Positions 58,635 through 64,000 of a DNA stretch of 64,000 nt are shown in pieces. Numbering within the stretch: position 1 is the first letter of the stretch; the number at the start of each line of letters is the position of its first letter. Under the pieces are notes generated by a model. It was not told the origin of the DNA, ran no database searches, and saw nothing but the letters and a program-made list of their open reading frames with translations. The DNA is taken from positions 1,550,001 through 1,614,000 of the forward strand of contig JBLDXI010000033.1 of NCBI GenBank assembly GCA_047495785.1, given 5' to 3'. The DNA comes from Lepidodermella squamata (taxonomy: Eukaryota; Animalia; Gastrotricha). The position numbers were made by a program, and so were the translations under genes.

Positions 58635-59656
58635 TCAAGGTCTCACGCCGGTTTCACTGTAAATCCAGTCGAGCACGTGACAAACGCTGCCGTAAATTGT
58701 AGGAATTTCCCAAGCTTCAAATTAAAAAAAATTGAAACGGAATTTTCGAAAATTCAAAACTAACAGCCGCAAACTATCGATTTGCTCCAAGATGTTACTC
58801 CGTCAACTTGAAAGTAACCGTTTTTATAGCAGATCAAAGGCCCGCCGCTGTCTCCGTCACAGACCCCAGAATATCGAACTCCTCCAGCGCATAAAATGCC
58901 AGGTTCCCGCCGCCTCAGATCATGAGCAACACTGTCACGTTCCGAGTACTTGTCGCTGCAAACTTCGTCGCTGATTCGATGAACCGTGACCCTTTTCAGG
59001 AATTGAGGACCACCCGATGACCCTTCGAGGTCATCGCCCCACCCAGGCGCGATCATCGGGTCATCGGGCTGGCAGGTGTCCTGGCATGATTTCGGCAGGC
59101 AGATCGGCTGGACCTTCCAAGAGCCGAAATCGATAAATTCTATAAAATTGCATTTAAAGTTAATCCTATTCAGATCTGCATTTCTTGCCTGCTAGTTTCA
59201 AAAGGGCAAAATCATAGAATAGTTCTCCATTCGGTGATCGGAAGTACATTGGATGCTGGCGTTGGGATATAACTTTAACGACTCGGCCACCTCTGCCTCG
59301 ATCAACGCTTCCCATTATTACACTCTTAATTCTACGAATAAAAATATATAAAAAAATTGATTTCTGCTAATGTACAACAACCGTTTTCCTGATGTGCAGT
59401 GAGCTGCAGTGAGAATCCAGCGATCTCCGATTATTGAGCCTCCACAGCCAACATCAATGTAAACTTGGAAGGGGAATTCAGAGGCTTTTGCGAAAGCTCC
59501 GCCTACAACTCGGCCGCCATTATCATCCTTGAGCTTGATGCCCGGGTTCCAGTATCTATTGTGACCGCATCGCCAACTACTTTTCGCTGATGAAACTTCA
59601 AGATAGCTGCCTTGAATAGCCTTAAAACAGAAACAAAATAGTAAAATTTCCAACAT
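58635..59656 (-). CDS. S1A serine protease zymogen, non-tryptic specificity
   Basis: Signal, R-VVGG activation site, [29 protein letters not shown] (Gly at position 189); about four exons. Confidence 0.9.
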
Positions 59657-60135
59657 ATTGGAAAATATTGAATAACTAACAGCGGTGTAAAAGCGGAAAC
59701 CAAGAATACGTGATTCGAATAAAATAAAAATTCGAATAAAAAAACAGCAAAAAATATGCCAAGTAAACAAAACGACCAAAAGAAAAAAATCGACAAAAAT
59801 GGGATTTCCTTTTCGTTCTTTTTTAATTAATTAATTGAATTTTGATTTCGTCCATTTTGCATATTACAATTCTGGCGAGTTTTTAGCAGCTTCGATTTTA
59901 AATATTATTCGATCATTTTATTAGCCCTTGCCGTCCTCCCCAAAATTTACATTTCCATCGTTCTAGAGAAAAATCGAAGCCTAATGGACTGGGTTCAAAT
60001 TATTTACGCTAACGGAAATAAGTCACGTATCGGTAAATAATTGCCCAAAAATAATTGTTTGGCTAACAATTAAAAGTTTTGCGTTTTATTTTGATTGCCA
60101 TTTTAATAAATTTTATGCTGAAGTAAGCCTTTTCG

Positions 60136-61394
60136 ATGAATATTTTTGTTATCGCTTTCTTCTTGGCTGATTTAGCTAATGCGAAAAATGCCATTACCCT
60201 CCTGAATGTTTCTCAGGTCATTCCAGTCCTGCAGAACTCATGCCCCTTGGCGTTCGCTGGCAATCTACCTGCCGAGTTGTATTTCTCGAAAACTCTCGAT
60301 TTGTACAAGCCACCATTAATAGAAACGACAATGCAGTTCGTAAAATTCATCTCAATCGACGATATGCTACAGGAACTGGTTATGCACCATGCGACTTGGT
60401 GCATATGGAACTGGCCGTGCAATCTAGATTTGTTTTGTGATAACCTCGTCGCAGCTGGTGCTTTACCTCCAGAGGACAGGCCACATTGCCCAAATGGCTT
60501 GTCCCAATTTTCGCATCAGGTTACAATGGACAGTGTTTGGCACCCGATTTTGATCGATAACAGCGCGGCCGAAGAATCAGATCAAATTATGAGGTAACAA
60601 TCCTTAAAATGGCCACAGCACCCTAATAAATCTTCTTATAATGCAGGTATATCGTTGGATCCAAGATATCTATCTATCCCTTTACTGCCCAGTCAGAATG
60701 GGACAGTTGGGGCCAGCTTAAAACTGACTGCATTGACGGGTTTAATTTCTCAAAGTTTCCATTCGATAAACTCAGCTGTAAAGTGAAGTTGCAATATTAC
60801 GAATTAATACCAGCCTTCAGATACACGATTTCTAACATATCACGGGCCAACTTCACCCTTACAACCGATGGAGGCTATATGTGGGATCTAATTAACTTCA
60901 CTTACTCGGTGTCAAGTCGAAGCCAGGGTGATCTGTACTTCAGTGAATTATTTTTCAAATTCAAATTTACACGGCGACCAATTTTGGCTATTCAACAAAT
61001 TTTCATACCAATGTACATTTTATTTGTCCTGCAAATTTCCGCGTTCATTTTACCGGCGAAAATACCCGATCGGCCAATGTTCTGCGCAACAATCATCTTG
61101 GCGTATTTTTTTATTCTATCAATGGTTTTCAGCACTTTGCCGCCGACTACAGAGCCAATTTATTTGGTCTATCTAGTTTTGTGGAAAATCGGCCTTGGCG
61201 TCATAGTCACGATTCATTCCCTGGTAACTTGCAGCCTATCTCGAACCAATTACGGCACTGAAACGGTCTGGAAATCAGGCATATTGGCTCGTCTAACGTA
61301 TATCAACGTAGCTGATATCGCGATGGCAATATTAATCATCACTATTTCGATAATTAGCGATTGCGTTTTCATTTCGAAAATGCTGTCTTCATAA
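60136..61394 (+). CDS. Divergent Cys-loop channel subunit G (two exons)
   Basis: Intron about 60594-60646 at the same position as in A-C; Cys-loop CIDGFNFSKFPFDKLSC; M2 PDRPMFCATIILA; short M3-M4 loop. Confidence 0.88.
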
Positions 61395-61469
61395 CTTCAC
61401 AAAATTTTATTTTTCGTAAAAATTAACACAGACTATATTGAGTTTTATAATAAAGCTGGATTTTTTTTA

Positions 61470-64000
61470 TCAAATTTGAGCGTGGAAATGTTGGATATTT
61501 TCCATATTTGCCGCAGTGTTATCCATCAGCACTAAGTTGGTGGCTACGGCGCCGAATATGTCAGGCTGAGCAGGTGCTATGGGGGCACCCATTGTCGAGC
61601 TAGTGTACTCGACGTAGCAGAAATAGTGGTTCGGCTGATCACAAGATGCGTCGTCTAACCGACCAAACGAATTCGCCGTAGCAATCGCACAATTTTCGAG
61701 GCCGTATCCATTGGGAGATCTAAAATTTACTCGTATTATTGGAGCAATCTATTGGAAAAACAGCATACCCAGGTGCCCAATCTAGCGAGATTTTCGGTGT
61801 TCGTTTCGTGGTCTCCAGCGTCCAGACACCCTCTGATGCTCGATCGCTGACCCCAATCCAGCCACTGGTTCGTTTCGCCGCGGCTAAATTCGTGACTATT
61901 GACATTTCAGTCAACGTGTTCGGCTCTGCAAGCCGGCCATCCCGACGGCCACACTCTGTTATGGCCTGTTCATAAGGCAACGCGTCAACTGATAACTGAA
62001 CACAGGCGTATTTAGCGCCAGGTAACATCTCTTCTGGCCTACAGCCTAATTAACAAAAAATATATTAAATTAAGGTGGCTTTTCTAATTCTTACACATTG
62101 GTGGGTGACTCCATTGCCCGTTCTGCTGGCAGGTAGTCACCGATTTTCCGATGAGAAGTGCACCCTCCAGGCAGAAATAGCGGGTTGTAAAGCCGACTTT
62201 GTTTGACCGAGTGTCGTAGACAGCGTTCGGAAGCTGGAGAATATCGCCACAGTCCACGGCAACGCTGCAAGTAGCCATTTCATTACTGCCCCATGTCCCA
62301 TCTTCAGTACATTCAATGCTGAATTCGCGGGTGTAAGATGGGGTTACGAAACTTGGCAAACACTTGACATCGATTCGAGAGGCTGGAACGCCTCGCATGC
62401 CATTTTGAACCGTATTTGCCAAATTTAAAGGCGGGCAAGTAATTCCTGGAAATAATTAAAAATAATTAAATTAATTTCCAATATTTCAGCCAACTTACTT
62501 TGACCGCAATGCACTACGTCAACGTGCATGCATGGGTGACCGTGAAAATCGATGACGTAGATTCGAATGTAACGCGATATGAATGACCACCCTCCCAGGT
62601 CCCACCACACCACTTGGCTAGCATCTGTGTTGGCATCAAAATGCTTGATCCCACCGGTAGCCGGGTCGAAAATTGTCCGCCAGATGCGGCCGTCATGGCT
62701 CTTTTGAATCGCGAACAGAGTGACGAATTTTTCGATTTGACGATGGCCCTGGATGATCAGGCCTTTGACCAGGTAATGCCCGCCTAGGTCGACCTCGACG
62801 AACGGCATGTCACCGTCACACTCGGCTGCACACCAAATGCGCCCAGCCCCAGCACCAAGTCGGGCCTTATCAGGGGTGTAACGTTCGAGTAGAGAAGTTT
62901 GAGAGTGGCAGTAGTCGCCGTCCACTGTTGGTGAGTCGTAGAGATAATGCGAGGAAGGGGATGGCTTGCGGCATGAGGGTGCGTCGAATCGATGGGCGCT
63001 AAGGTGGCTAGAGGCCGCATATGAATGCGAACTCGACTCGGTCGTCTCAGAACAAGTCAGCTCAGCGGGCACTGAAAATATTTTTTAATTTTAATTTTAA
63101 TTTTAATTTTAATTTTAATTTTAATTTTAATTTTAATTTTAATTTTAATTTTAATTTTAATTTTAATTTTAATTTTAATTTTAATTTTAATTTTAATTTT
63201 AATTTTAATTTTAATTTTAATTTTAATTTTAATTTTAATTTTCAATACTCACTCATGCAAGCCCAAAACACGTGTAGGTACAGCACTTCATGAGGACAAC
63301 GGCTGTATCGATTCGAGCACAACGAGGCAAGCAGCTGTTTTGAGGCCGTAACATTGCAGTAAGGCTTAGCATCGCACATTTGACTGAGTGTCGCTAAAAC
63401 ACTTTCGTAAGGGCATCGCATTTCGACGCCGTATTCATCAATCGGGTTCGAACAGTTGCACGCGAATTCGCCGACCATGCCGACGCGGCCGTAATGAGCC
63501 GATACGACCTTGATTTGCTGGCCGTAATGACAGTTCAGCATGTCAAATTGGCCTGAACATATTTTAGCTTCGTAAATGTGCTTTTTCACAGGCGTCATTG
63601 GCGCAGTTCCACAGCAGTCTTCGTCAACTTGACCATCGCCATCGTCATCTACTCCATCGCTAAAAAAATTCGAAAAAAATTCGGAAAATTGATTGAAAAA
63701 TTAAAAAGAAAATACCATAACTCTTCCTCAGCTCTACTATCGCAATCGTTGTCGATAGTATCTAATAAAATTGAGGTAATTCACTCTTCAACAAAATTAA
63801 GAGAGAATACCACACGATCTGAGCTGGGGACAGGCTGAACAGAATGTTGGCTCACTCTTTTGAAAAATGAAATATTTAATACAATTTATTCGATTTAATT
63901 TTTCCTACCGGGTTCAGATCCATACCAGCGGGGTAAGCGTAAGATTCGCGATCAGCGTAGCCGTAAACTATCGCCATGAAAGGAACTTTAGTCGAATGAA
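61470..64000 (-). CDS. 3' part of a second IgGFc-binding/Asp-repeat/SUEL/discoidin/sushi mosaic gene ending in a C-type lectin domain (5' end outside window)
   Basis: FMAIVYGYADRESYAYPAG; DNDCD..DGVDDDGDGQVDEDCC; SAHYGR; VEVDLG..IQG..SRYIR; sushi; GWIGVSDRASEGVW..WAPG|SPN..ENC..LDDASC; TGA at 61470-61472. Confidence 0.82.
63083..63242. repeat. (TTTTAA)n hexanucleotide microsatellite forming most of an intron
   Basis: Visible repeat of about 26 units between two exons of the minus-strand mosaic gene. Confidence 0.97.

Noticed and set aside
63021-63293. NF / KI dipeptide ORFs
   Set aside because: Translations of the intronic (TTTTAA)n repeat.

Overview
Gene-dense, AT-rich animal DNA with many tiny (about 45-60 nt) GT-AG introns. 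It is probably from a compact-genome invertebrate, possibly spiralian given the AChBP-like and IgGFc-binding genes, but the taxon cannot be determined from sequence. The most striking structure is a contiguous block at about 5.8-32.8 kb. It holds a soluble acetylcholine-binding-protein (AChBP)-like gene, head-to-head with six intronless GPI-type Ly6/three-finger paralogues that have an unusual Cys pattern. These face six tandem, highly divergent Cys-loop ligand-gated ion channel subunits, and a seventh lies at 60 kb. The channels lack the ACh-binding aromatic/vicinal-Cys signature and have C-x14/15-C Cys-loops, extra ectodomain cysteines, almost no M3-M4 intracellular domain, and a conserved intramembrane Lys/Asp pair. 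Together this is a candidate nicotinic-derived chemosensory receptor and modulator cassette. Other genes: a short collagen, two PAN/IgGFc-binding/lectin mosaic genes, a multi-PAN mucin-like gene, a KR-repeat propeptide and its paralogue, an atypical KLF zinc-finger gene with a degenerate copy, and an S1 protease. Mobile DNA includes piggyBac-, Tc1/mariner- and MULE-type non-autonomous elements, an LTR with tRNA-Leu PBS, LINE and Sola-like remnants, and microsatellites. Exon boundaries were read by eye and are approximate.
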